This document shows, piece by piece, positions 8,484-15,463 of a stretch of DNA of 20,000 bases. A program made the position numbers and the translations under genes. Position 1 is the first letter of the stretch. Each line of letters opens with the position of its first letter. The stretch is from an uncultured virus (IMG/VR IMGVR_UViG_3300048889_000033) (Duplodnaviria > Heunggongvirae > Uroviricota > Caudoviricetes). The DNA lies in IMG/VR virus record IMGVR_UViG_3300048889_000033; one strand, given 5' to 3'. The notes beneath the pieces were generated by a model that was not told the origin of the DNA, did not search any database, and was given only the letters and a program-made list of their open reading frames with translations.

Positions 8484-11400
8484 ATGCTAAAATCGTTATA
8501 TTTTATACTGGTAGTCGCTTGTCTTGCGTCAACTTCTCAGGCTCAATCCTACTATGGCTTTGACTCTACTTCATTTAATGGGCAGCGGGCGATAGTTTTT
8601 ATGCCCGCTGGAGCGGGGCCATTCGCATTAAGCCTTCAGTTTGGACCTGCTGCTGAAACGCTGGATCAAAGCACATGCGGAATGTGTACGCTCTACAATA
8701 CTGGGACCCCAAAGCTCATTAAAGCCGGTGGTAACCCTTGCAATTTCGTAAAAGGAAACGGAGATTCAGCGCACGTCATTGTGATAAAAATTCAATTACC
8801 CGATTATAATGCAGGTAAATTCAGCGATGATATGGCGCTTTATTGGCCAGCAATCAAGACTTATCTTGGAGGGAAATTGGATTCAACAAAATACGCTGAT
8901 GGTACTTATAAATACATTAGCATACAAGGCGAAGAACACGGAGCCGATGTTATTTTCAATTCCGTTACGCAAAATACAGCCACTAATCATTGCTTCTTTA
9001 ATGGCGATCCGGGATGGGTATTTAAGCATATAAAGAAACTATACGTAGCCCGCACAAATGACATTTGTCAGTACGGTAGCTATACAAATTCGGCAGCGTA
9101 TGCCAATTCTGCTACTGAGAAAGTTTGGTATTACCGGGTAAATGGGGCTTCGACTAATGAGCCGGCGCTACAAACCGGGCTGAATACCTACAGCCCCGGC
9201 GTCGTGCAACGGCTCAGGAATTACGTTCTTTCAACTTCTCAACTGAGCGATACTTTTTACAGTGTTCAAAGCCCCTATTATACAGAAAATGTTTTCAGGG
9301 ATTTGGTAGATGATACTTTTGCCCATCCGCCGCCGAACTATATTGCAAAGGTGTATACCATCTTTTCTCTATCCACTTATGCCCAGCACGATCAACAACC
9401 ACCTCAGAATTTCTTTGACGGTTATTTGGTAGCTGATCCGAAGAATGGCGTTTTAACAGATACTACTTCCCCAGGTAATCCCCAACATAAATGGGATACG
9501 ACTGCCGGCGCTCCGCAGAAGCCCAACTACAATTTTGCAGGGAATGTAAACGGCACGATATGGCCCGGTAACCGGCAGATAAGATTGATATTCGACCTTG
9601 GCGGCGTTCCTAACCTGAGAGATACAACAAAGAAATTCAGCTTAACGGACATATACGGACTTAGTGGGGAGGAAGCGGGACATCCGATGTACTTCTATAA
9701 TCTCGACTCCTTGTTTGGCATGACGCCAATTAATGCAGCATGGCACTTAGCACGACCGGATAGCTTAATGAAGCCTTTCGATACGCTTACTACAACCGGG
9801 TTCGGCGCAGGATGGACGAATATTGGAGCCCATGATTCTATGCGCTACCTGATGGTAATGTTAACCACCTCGTCTTCCCATGCTTCCAATTTCAATGAAT
9901 TGGTTTTTTACGGCCATTACGTAGGTGATACAACCGGACGTGCGGCCCAACTTGCGCCACCGACATACATGGGGCCATTGCCGTCCAAAAAGAGTGCAGC
10001 GTACACGGTCGGCAAACTTAACGGTACGAATCTATTTCAGGGACTTGGTGCGGCCAGTACGGCCCACGATGGGGATTTCCGACTTTACACCAGTAAATGG
10101 TATTACGATACAGCTAATGTCCGGAATGTACCAACCGGTTATAAATTCTGGGAAAGTGCGGATGTTAACGTAGCGTGGGCATTGGCTTTAAATGCTGCCG
10201 GCAAAACCGTTCACTATACTAACCAATCTTCCAATCAGTATGCGGCAGCACAAGGGTCGCAGGCCGATGTAGATAGCTCAGGCTTGGAGCCGGAAGTACC
10301 TACCAGTTATATGCGGGCTGCTGATTTTGCATTTTGGTATTCCCGCGCTTTTGGACATGACACTCGTGCCGCTACGCCGGACAAATGGGTCGGTCGCGGC
10401 AGTTACACAGGGAATGGCTTGGGCTTGTTTGACACGTACGAAGCCGGTAATGAGAATGAAGCACATGGGTCATCTTATATGGCTATGTTTATGAAGCTTT
10501 CAATGGAATGGGATGGCCATTGCGGTGCTTATGGGGTAGCGGGGAAAACGGGGGTGAAGAATGGGGACAGTACTATGTTTTTATCGGTTCCCGGTATGGT
10601 TGATCCAGACACCAACTTTGTAGCATTCGCCAGATTTGGCACTGCCCTTTTTCGGACTGATAGCATATTGCCTTTCAAAAGAATGGCCGTTCATCGCTAT
10701 TTACCAACCGATACTCTTAAAGGGATTTATCTTTCATTAGAACAGCAGATAGGAATGCGCGGAGAATCACCTGAAAATTTCGGACGGTACGGATACCATG
10801 GGTGGCTGACATATTCGGATAGGGTAGCCCGGAACATGTATAAATGGATGCCGACAACTATCCCAATTGATTTGACCGAACAAGGGTATGGAAACTGCAA
10901 CCAAGTTATAGCTAATACGGGCGAAGCCGCCAGCATATACGACATTTACCCATGGCTATCATACGACACTTTAACCGTCCACCAAGCTAAGGCCATTATC
11001 CTTGCACGCATGCGTCTGCTTATGATGGCATCACCATTTGCTAAGTACAACAACTACGCAAGTAGCAATCAATTTGGGGACACCAACAATTCCGTACGTT
11101 TCTTATTCTACGCCTACGGCATTGCTGCTGCTATCGGCGGCGCTCCCTTTGACTTCAGCGTATTCTATGCCGGTTGGTACTACCAAGCAGGTTTTTACCA
11201 TCAAATGAAAGACTATTACTTTGATTCAGTGATGGTAAACGGCGGTCCAACTGGCAAATGGGTATTGAAATTTAGGAACGCCTATCAAACAGACTCGGTG
11301 TGTTATGCAACATGGAAGGGGAGCTATACCAACGCTACGCTCACCGGGCAGACCGTTGACCTTGGCAACCTAGCGGCGCAAGGCGTAAGAAAATGGGTGC

Positions 11401-11576
11401 CGTCATTTACCGATACGACCGGGGCGTCTTCCTCTTTGACAGCTACGGCGGGTGTGCTATCTTCGCAGACAATAACTGAAAGCCCGGTGCTGTTTTTTGC
11501 AAAGGAGGCGGCTATTGTACCAGACCCGACGAAATGGGGGCCTGTTAGGTGGCGGGCATTTAAAAAGGTAAACTAA
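8484..11576 (+). CDS. Exported multidomain glycoside hydrolase / depolymerase-like protein (clan GH-A TIM barrel, discoidin-like module, possibly degenerate alpha/beta-hydrolase N-terminus)
   Basis: Signal MLKSLYFILVVACLASTSQA|Q. Discoidin-like NFFDG...IRLIFDLG...RYLMV...NELVFYG. GH-A acid/base motif YEAGNENE and nucleophile motif IDLTEQGY. C-terminal beta-sandwich YATWKG...TITESPVLF. Confidence 0.65.
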   Translation: MLKSLYFILVVACLASTSQAQSYYGFDSTSFNGQRAIVFMPAGAGPFALSLQFGPAAETLDQSTCGMCTLYNTGTPKLIKAGGNPCNFVKGNGDSAHVIVIKIQLPDYNAGKFSDDMALYWPAIKTYLGGKLDSTKYADGTYKYISIQGEEHGADVIFNSVTQNTATNHCFFNGDPGWVFKHIKKLYVARTNDICQYGSYTNSAAYANSATEKVWYYRVNGASTNEPALQTGLNTYSPGVVQRLRNYVLSTSQLSDTFYSVQSPYYTENVFRDLVDDTFAHPPPNYIAKVYTIFSLSTYAQHDQQPPQNFFDGYLVADPKNGVLTDTTSPGNPQHKWDTTAGAPQKPNYNFAGNVNGTIWPGNRQIRLIFDLGGVPNLRDTTKKFSLTDIYGLSGEEAGHPMYFYNLDSLFGMTPINAAWHLARPDSLMKPFDTLTTTGFGAGWTNIGAHDSMRYLMVMLTTSSSHASNFNELVFYGHYVGDTTGRAAQLAPPTYMGPLPSKKSAAYTVGKLNGTNLFQGLGAASTAHDGDFRLYTSKWYYDTANVRNVPTGYKFWESADVNVAWALALNAAGKTVHYTNQSSNQYAAAQGSQADVDSSGLEPEVPTSYMRAADFAFWYSRAFGHDTRAATPDKWVGRGSYTGNGLGLFDTYEAGNENEAHGSSYMAMFMKLSMEWDGHCGAYGVAGKTGVKNGDSTMFLSVPGMVDPDTNFVAFARFGTALFRTDSILPFKRMAVHRYLPTDTLKGIYLSLEQQIGMRGESPENFGRYGYHGWLTYSDRVARNMYKWMPTTIPIDLTEQGYGNCNQVIANTGEAASIYDIYPWLSYDTLTVHQAKAIILARMRLLMMASPFAKYNNYASSNQFGDTNNSVRFLFYAYGIAAAIGGAPFDFSVFYAGWYYQAGFYHQMKDYYFDSVMVNGGPTGKWVLKFRNAYQTDSVCYATWKGSYTNATLTGQTVDLGNLAAQGVRKWVPSFTDTTGASSSLTATAGVLSSQTITESPVLFFAKEAAIVPDPTKWGPVRWRAFKKVN

Positions 11577-11822
11577 ATGGCAGACGATAAAGAAATACTT
11601 ATCCGACAAACTATTCTCATGGAAGAAATGGGTAAACGTGTTGTAGACATGGAGGCGAAAGTCAATAAAATATATGACACGCAAATAGGCGTTACCGCTT
11701 CCGAATTGGCCGTTAATAAAGAGAAGATATCCCGTTTGGAAAAGATAGTCTATGGAGCTATAGCCTTCATCATTGTAAACCTTGTATCGCTTGTAGTATT
11801 ATGGATTCAACAGAAACATTAA
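11577..11822 (+). CDS. Coiled-coil plus C-terminal TM protein, holin/XhlA-like (81 aa)
   Basis: Heptad-like N-terminus, then KISRLEKIVYGAIAFIIVNLVSLVVLW; lies immediately after the tail module. Confidence 0.55.
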   Translation: MADDKEILIRQTILMEEMGKRVVDMEAKVNKIYDTQIGVTASELAVNKEKISRLEKIVYGAIAFIIVNLVSLVVLWIQQKH

Positions 11823-12223
11823 TAGAGAAAATGGCGGCATTGACCGTCCTCGCCATGCGCAACGCCAAACCGCTATTCGACGAGCAGATAGCCCGGTTCT
11901 CACCCTCCATTGTGGTAGACGTAAGCGATGGGGTTATCTTACATTCGACACCGCGGGCAAATGAACTGTTCGGCTACATAAACGGCGAATTGGATGGGAA
12001 GAACATCAAAGACCTGATGCCAGTACGGTTTCGCGCCGGCCACGATGAGCACCTGAAATACTTCAAAGCCAATCCCAAATCAAGACCCATGGGACATGTG
12101 GCCATGACACTGGTGGGGCTGAATAAGAATGGCGCTGAATTCCCCATCGAAATCAGCTTGGAACCCGTAAATTTGATAGGCAAGGAATTGGCTATTGCGA
12201 CCATTTTGAAAACACGTAACTAA
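11801..12223 (+). CDS. Stand-alone PAS-domain protein, FixL-like (putative haem-binding)
   Basis: IVVDVSDGVILHSTPRANELFGYINGELDGKNIKDLMPVRFRAGHDEH...RPMG...LVGLNKNGAEFPIEISLEPV is a PAS/PAC signature. A His sits at the position of the FixL proximal ligand (LMP.....H). No output domain. Confidence 0.85.
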   Translation: MDSTETLIEKMAALTVLAMRNAKPLFDEQIARFSPSIVVDVSDGVILHSTPRANELFGYINGELDGKNIKDLMPVRFRAGHDEHLKYFKANPKSRPMGHVAMTLVGLNKNGAEFPIEISLEPVNLIGKELAIATILKTRN

Positions 12224-12234
12224 AACCCAAATAT

Positions 12235-12492
12235 ATGGCTACCGTAAAGACCTCAAAACAATTCACCATTGATTGGCGCGACGGCGTTAAGGGGCTCATA
12301 GTCTCAGGGGTGACAGGAGCTCTCACCGTGGCCGAACAGGCCCTTACGACCACCCCTGTGGTATTCTCGTGGAAAGCGATAGGATTGGCAGCGCTGGCCG
12401 CAGGCGTGGCCTACCTGCTGAAGAACTTCTTTACCAGCAGCCAAATAGTGATTAAGGCCGCCCCGCCCCAACCCGATACGACTAAACCTTGA
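12235..12492 (+). CDS. Putative holin (2 TM, 85 aa)
   Basis: WRDGVKGLIVSGVTGALTV...FSWKAIGLAALAAGVAYLLKNFFT; two hydrophobic segments in a lysis-cluster position. Confidence 0.7.
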   Translation: MATVKTSKQFTIDWRDGVKGLIVSGVTGALTVAEQALTTTPVVFSWKAIGLAALAAGVAYLLKNFFTSSQIVIKAAPPQPDTTKP

Positions 12493-12555
12493 CCGTAATC
12501 AACTCAAAAGTACCGATCTTTACGCAGTTTTTGAACCATTTTAAATCATACTTTT

Positions 12556-12729
12556 ATGTCAACAAAGAAGAAGAAAATCCTAACCATTATAACCGTATTT
12601 ACCGATGGGACAACCTCCGTCATTCAACCTACTGAAGAAAGTGGCCCAGTCGTTTCGGCTGATGATGACCCGATTGGGGGTGATGATAATGGCGGAGACA
12701 GACCTCCAACTGGCCCCAAAAACCCTTAG
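12556..12729 (+). CDS. Small peptide (57 aa), basic N-terminus and acidic Gly/Pro-rich C-terminus; missed by the ORF track
   Basis: ATG 12556 to TAG 12729 encodes MSTKKKKILTIITVFTDGTTSVIQPTEESGPVVSADDDPIGGDDNGGDRPPTGPKNP, with an AT-rich leader (TTTTAAATCATACTTTT). Confidence 0.6.
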   Translation: MSTKKKKILTIITVFTDGTTSVIQPTEESGPVVSADDDPIGGDDNGGDRPPTGPKNP

Positions 12730-13081
12730 CGATAAGTTAGTTTTAATATTCGTTGGGTTTTTTCTGGTAGGATTATTGATGTTCCTAACAAAGGCCGATT
12801 TTTCTAAAGAAGGATGGAGTGAGGTGTATTTTGTTTGGGACAAAGCAAAAGACCTATTAGCCCTGTTTATATTTTATCTCCTGAAAAGAAAATATCGCCC
12901 TATCCTATTGCTAATTATTATTCCAGCATCAATACGATTTATATGGGACTTTATAGCATATTTTCTTCAAGTGGACGTCAACATAAAAGGCATTACAACT
13001 ATCCAGTGGCTGATAGTTACGGGCATCATAATTTTCCTATCTATAAAAGACCTGATAAGCCAATGGAACCAACACGACTAA
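12689..13081 (+). CDS. Multi-pass (about 4 TM) membrane protein, hypothetical (likely start ATG 12689)
   Basis: Four hydrophobic segments. The ORF-track N-terminal extension overlaps the peptide gene and is probably not coding. Confidence 0.6.
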   Translation: MAETDLQLAPKTLSDKLVLIFVGFFLVGLLMFLTKADFSKEGWSEVYFVWDKAKDLLALFIFYLLKRKYRPILLLIIIPASIRFIWDFIAYFLQVDVNIKGITTIQWLIVTGIIIFLSIKDLISQWNQHD

Positions 13082-13284
13082 TATACGGGATACTAAACGG
13101 GCTGGGGATAACGGCTTTTGTATGGGGTATTCTATTAAATATCGGGGATTGGAAAGGCGCAATACTCTTTGGCCTAGGCGCTTTATATGGGGGTGCTCGT
13201 TTTGTTGTCTACTGCATAAAAAGCTGGCAGGATATTCGATGGAGGGAAAGGCATCTTAGGAAAAATAAGGGGCAAGCAAAATGA
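13063..13284 (+). CDS. 2-TM holin-like protein with basic C-terminal tail (73 aa; likely start ATG 13063)
   Basis: MEPTRLIYGILNGLGITAFVWGILLNIGDWKGAILFGLGALYGGARFVVYCIKSWQDIRWRERHLRKNKGQAK. Confidence 0.55.
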   Translation: MEPTRLIYGILNGLGITAFVWGILLNIGDWKGAILFGLGALYGGARFVVYCIKSWQDIRWRERHLRKNKGQAK

Positions 13285-13370
13285 AAACATTCTACCGCAT
13301 ATTATTCTGGGCTATCGCATTGATAGCCCTTATTGCTTTTTGGACGTGGTTGTTCTGGCTATACGCGTAA
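13281..13370 (+). CDS. Very small single-TM peptide (29 aa); missed by the ORF track
   Basis: ATGA-coupled to the previous stop; encodes MKTFYRILFWAIALIALIAFWTWLFWLYA. Confidence 0.5.
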   Translation: MKTFYRILFWAIALIALIAFWTWLFWLYA

Positions 13371-13375
13371 TATTA

Positions 13376-13391
13376 GGTAGTGTCTCAGTTT
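13376..13391 (+). repeat. Left terminal inverted repeat (contains the transposase stop codon)
   Basis: GGTAGTGTCTCAGTTT, the reverse complement of 15464-15479. Confidence 0.9.
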
Positions 13392-14185
13392 ACCATTTTA
13401 ACAATTTCTTCTAAACTCATAAACCGCTTAGTCAATCCTGCTGCCATGGCAGGTGTTACCCGAAGACTAGCATGACGGCGTACCCAGTTGTAATGTACAA
13501 AGAAAAGTGCTACAGCGTATTCATGGTTTTCCATTTTCTTACTGAAAGCATTCGTTGACCGGGTAAATCGCCGCATACTCATTCGCATGGTCAGGTTGCT
13601 TCTCTCTACAAAACTGGTGCTTATATGGGCTTCATCGGGATTACCGGAAATGACCGTCTTCTTTATAGCCTCTCCTTTCTGCGAAGGCTTGCTGCCGTAG
13701 AGCTTCACCAATTGAGCAAAATCTATCTGGCTGCCAAAGTTCTCTGTAACGGCTTCGAGGTAAGAATGCAGGCCGTCCGTAGTAAGCTGCATGCGTTCTT
13801 TGTTTACCAATCTATCGGCCACATCAGTCATGAATGCATGGGCGCATTCGGCGCTGCGCTGGCCGACCAGGAAAGACACCATTAGCTTTGTATCGGCATC
13901 AATAGCCGTCCATGTCCACGCATCACCTACCCCTTCCATGCCCGCGGGTTTATTGCGTTCTTTACTATACACAAACGACCATATTTCGTCACACTGGATG
14001 CGCTTAGAGGTGACGCCACGCACTTTCTCATCATGGAATTGCAGGCAAGCTCTACCAACATCTACCAGCAATTTTGATACACTATTTATTGACACGTCTG
14101 CTATACGGGAAGCCGATCGTAGGCTGTTCCCTTCTACTAATAACTGAATGATACTAACCCTTTTTTCAAGCGATAACCGGTTCAT
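13385..14185 (-). CDS. IS1-family DDE transposase, single ORF with N-terminal HTH (266 aa; likely start ATG 14185)
   Basis: HTH LLVEGNSLRSASRIADVSINSV; catalytic IQCDEIW, LTTDGL and TSFVERSNLTMR; RFTRSTNAFSKK; HYNWVRRH..L..TPAMAAG. Confidence 0.9.
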   Translation of the reverse strand: MNRLSLEKRVSIIQLLVEGNSLRSASRIADVSINSVSKLLVDVGRACLQFHDEKVRGVTSKRIQCDEIWSFVYSKERNKPAGMEGVGDAWTWTAIDADTKLMVSFLVGQRSAECAHAFMTDVADRLVNKERMQLTTDGLHSYLEAVTENFGSQIDFAQLVKLYGSKPSQKGEAIKKTVISGNPDEAHISTSFVERSNLTMRMSMRRFTRSTNAFSKKMENHEYAVALFFVHYNWVRRHASLRVTPAMAAGLTKRFMSLEEIVKMVN

Positions 14186-14191
14186 GCTGCG

Positions 14192-14224
14192 AATATAGTG
14201 CAGGGAAATCATTCGGTCAAGCAT
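14192..14224 (-). promoter_or_regulatory. Transposase promoter
   Basis: Minus strand reads ATGC-TTGACC-17 bp-TATATT-6 bp-ATG. It also fits a Bacteroidota TTG-N20-TAnnTTCG pattern. Confidence 0.6.
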
Positions 14225-14233
14225 AAAATGCAT

Positions 14234-14263
14234 TTTGTTTTTTCGTATACTTAGTTATCTTTG
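14234..14263 (+). promoter_or_regulatory. Bacteroidota-type promoter driving the leader and cargo gene
   Basis: TTTG (14234-14237), 18 bp spacer, TATCTTTG (14256-14263), matching the -33/-7 consensus. Confidence 0.55.
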
Positions 14264-14269
14264 TTCCAG

Positions 14270-14492
14270 CGGGCCTGATGGTAGTAGTAAGAAAAAACTG
14301 GTAATATTTTCTTCCCCGAGGTTTCAAAGTAGCATTTCTTCGTTCCATTTACATGCAATAAAAGCGTGGGATACAGCCATACATAGGGGATATGGGTTAC
14401 CAGTACCTTTCTTACTTATCGAAGGCTGTAGTCCCACGCTATTATTTTATCACCTGCCAGTAAGGGGCTGATGGCAATCAATCTTACTGGCA
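14270..14492 (+). ncRNA. Putative structured leader / cis-regulatory RNA with alternative pairings
   Basis: Stem 14363-14378/14424-14440; its loop (14397-14416) is complementary to 14286-14304; a further stem 14455-14464/14483-14492 abuts the cargo ATG. Confidence 0.45.
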
Positions 14493-15163
14493 TGAAGACT
14501 TACCTTATCGTTCTCTCTGTCCTTTTAAACATCGGGTTACTGTTTTCTTTTGTGCGCAGAAAAATCTACTTCGCCACCCATAAAGAAGACCCAATGGGAT
14601 GGATAGATCACTACAACGCCCAAAAAGTAACCACCTTTAAAGCCCTCCCCCTGGACAGCACCAGCACCGTATTCGTCGGCACCAGTCTGACAGAAGGATT
14701 CCCCATGTCCGACCTGCTACCCTCCTACGGCATTAAGAACCGGGGCATAGCGGGCAACTATACCCACCACATTTTAGATCGGATAGAAGACATTGCGAAG
14801 GCCCGACCCAAAAAGATGTTTCTGGAAATGAGTATCAATGATATTAACGCGAAGGTGCCTGAAGACACTATTTTTACTCATTATGTAAAGACAATGGAAG
14901 TAGTTGCAAAGCACCGCGTACCATTATACGTACAATCGGTTTTCCCAACGACGGGAGAGTATAAAGAAAGCAATCCGGTGGTGGTAAGCCTTAATAAAAG
15001 GCTAAAAGATTATTGCGATAAGCACCATACCCAATATATAGATGTATATGACGCGTTGGTGAAAGACGGGGAACTGGATAGCACACTCACCTATGACGGA
15101 CTGCATTTGAACGTGACCGGCTATCAGGTATGGAAGGAAAGGGTATTGCCGTATCTTAATTAG
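14492..15163 (+). CDS. SGNH/GDSL-family esterase with N-terminal membrane anchor (IS passenger; likely start ATG 14492)
   Basis: Blocks FVGTSLTEG, NRGIAG, EMSIND and DGLHLN; N-terminal hydrophobic MKTYLIVLSVLLNIGLLFSFV. Confidence 0.85.
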   Translation: MKTYLIVLSVLLNIGLLFSFVRRKIYFATHKEDPMGWIDHYNAQKVTTFKALPLDSTSTVFVGTSLTEGFPMSDLLPSYGIKNRGIAGNYTHHILDRIEDIAKARPKKMFLEMSINDINAKVPEDTIFTHYVKTMEVVAKHRVPLYVQSVFPTTGEYKESNPVVVSLNKRLKDYCDKHHTQYIDVYDALVKDGELDSTLTYDGLHLNVTGYQVWKERVLPYLN

Positions 15164-15389
15164 TCTTGTTACCCCAACGCGTATTAGCGGCATTGCGAGC
15201 GATTTCCTTGCGCTGCGCCTTGGTGAGCGCCTTCGCCCTCGCGGGTCCTCCAATAAGCCCCCCTTTGCGTCCCAATACGGTCATATAGGCCGGTTGCTTC
15301 GTAAAGGGGATTATCTTATCTCCTATGGCAATATCTGCAATCATTTTTGCCCTTTGAGCCGGGTCGCGGGGCAGTTTCGTTTTCTTCAT
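15156..15389 (-). CDS. Small basic KGG-motif protein of the kind seen beside IS1-like transposases (putative nucleic-acid binding, 77 aa)
   Basis: LPRDPAQRAK...LGRKGGLIGGPARAKALTKAQRKEIARNAANTRW; has its own promoter and lies inside the TIRs. Confidence 0.75.
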   Translation of the reverse strand: MKKTKLPRDPAQRAKMIADIAIGDKIIPFTKQPAYMTVLGRKGGLIGGPARAKALTKAQRKEIARNAANTRWGNKTN

Positions 15390-15395
15390 AACAGC

Positions 15396-15428
15396 AATTT
15401 ACGCTATATTTATGAACCGGTCAAGCAT
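15396..15428 (-). promoter_or_regulatory. Promoter of the KGG-protein gene
   Basis: Minus strand reads ATGC-TTGACC-17 bp-TAAATT-6 bp-ATG, the same geometry as the transposase promoter. Confidence 0.6.
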
Positions 15429-15463
15429 TGGCCGAATTAGTTGGCCGTAATCAATTTTTGGTC

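Noticed and set aside
1896..11684. Short minus-strand and alternate-frame ORFs inside the long structural genes (e.g. 2483-2782, 4679-4993, 7367-7630, 8809-9033, 9925-10173)
   Set aside because: Shadow ORFs of well-supported + strand genes, with no recognisable motifs.
12488..12495. CTTGACCG, a partial copy of the IS promoter box, upstream of the peptide gene
   Set aside because: Only 8 of 11 bases match, it overlaps the holin stop codon, and there is no correctly spaced -10/-7 box.
13625..14147. Plus-strand ORFs 13625-13885 and 13791-14147
   Set aside because: Antisense to the transposase; no independent support.
14235..14471. 78-aa ORF with TTG start
   Set aside because: Starts inside the predicted promoter and spans the structured leader; the protein is not family-like.
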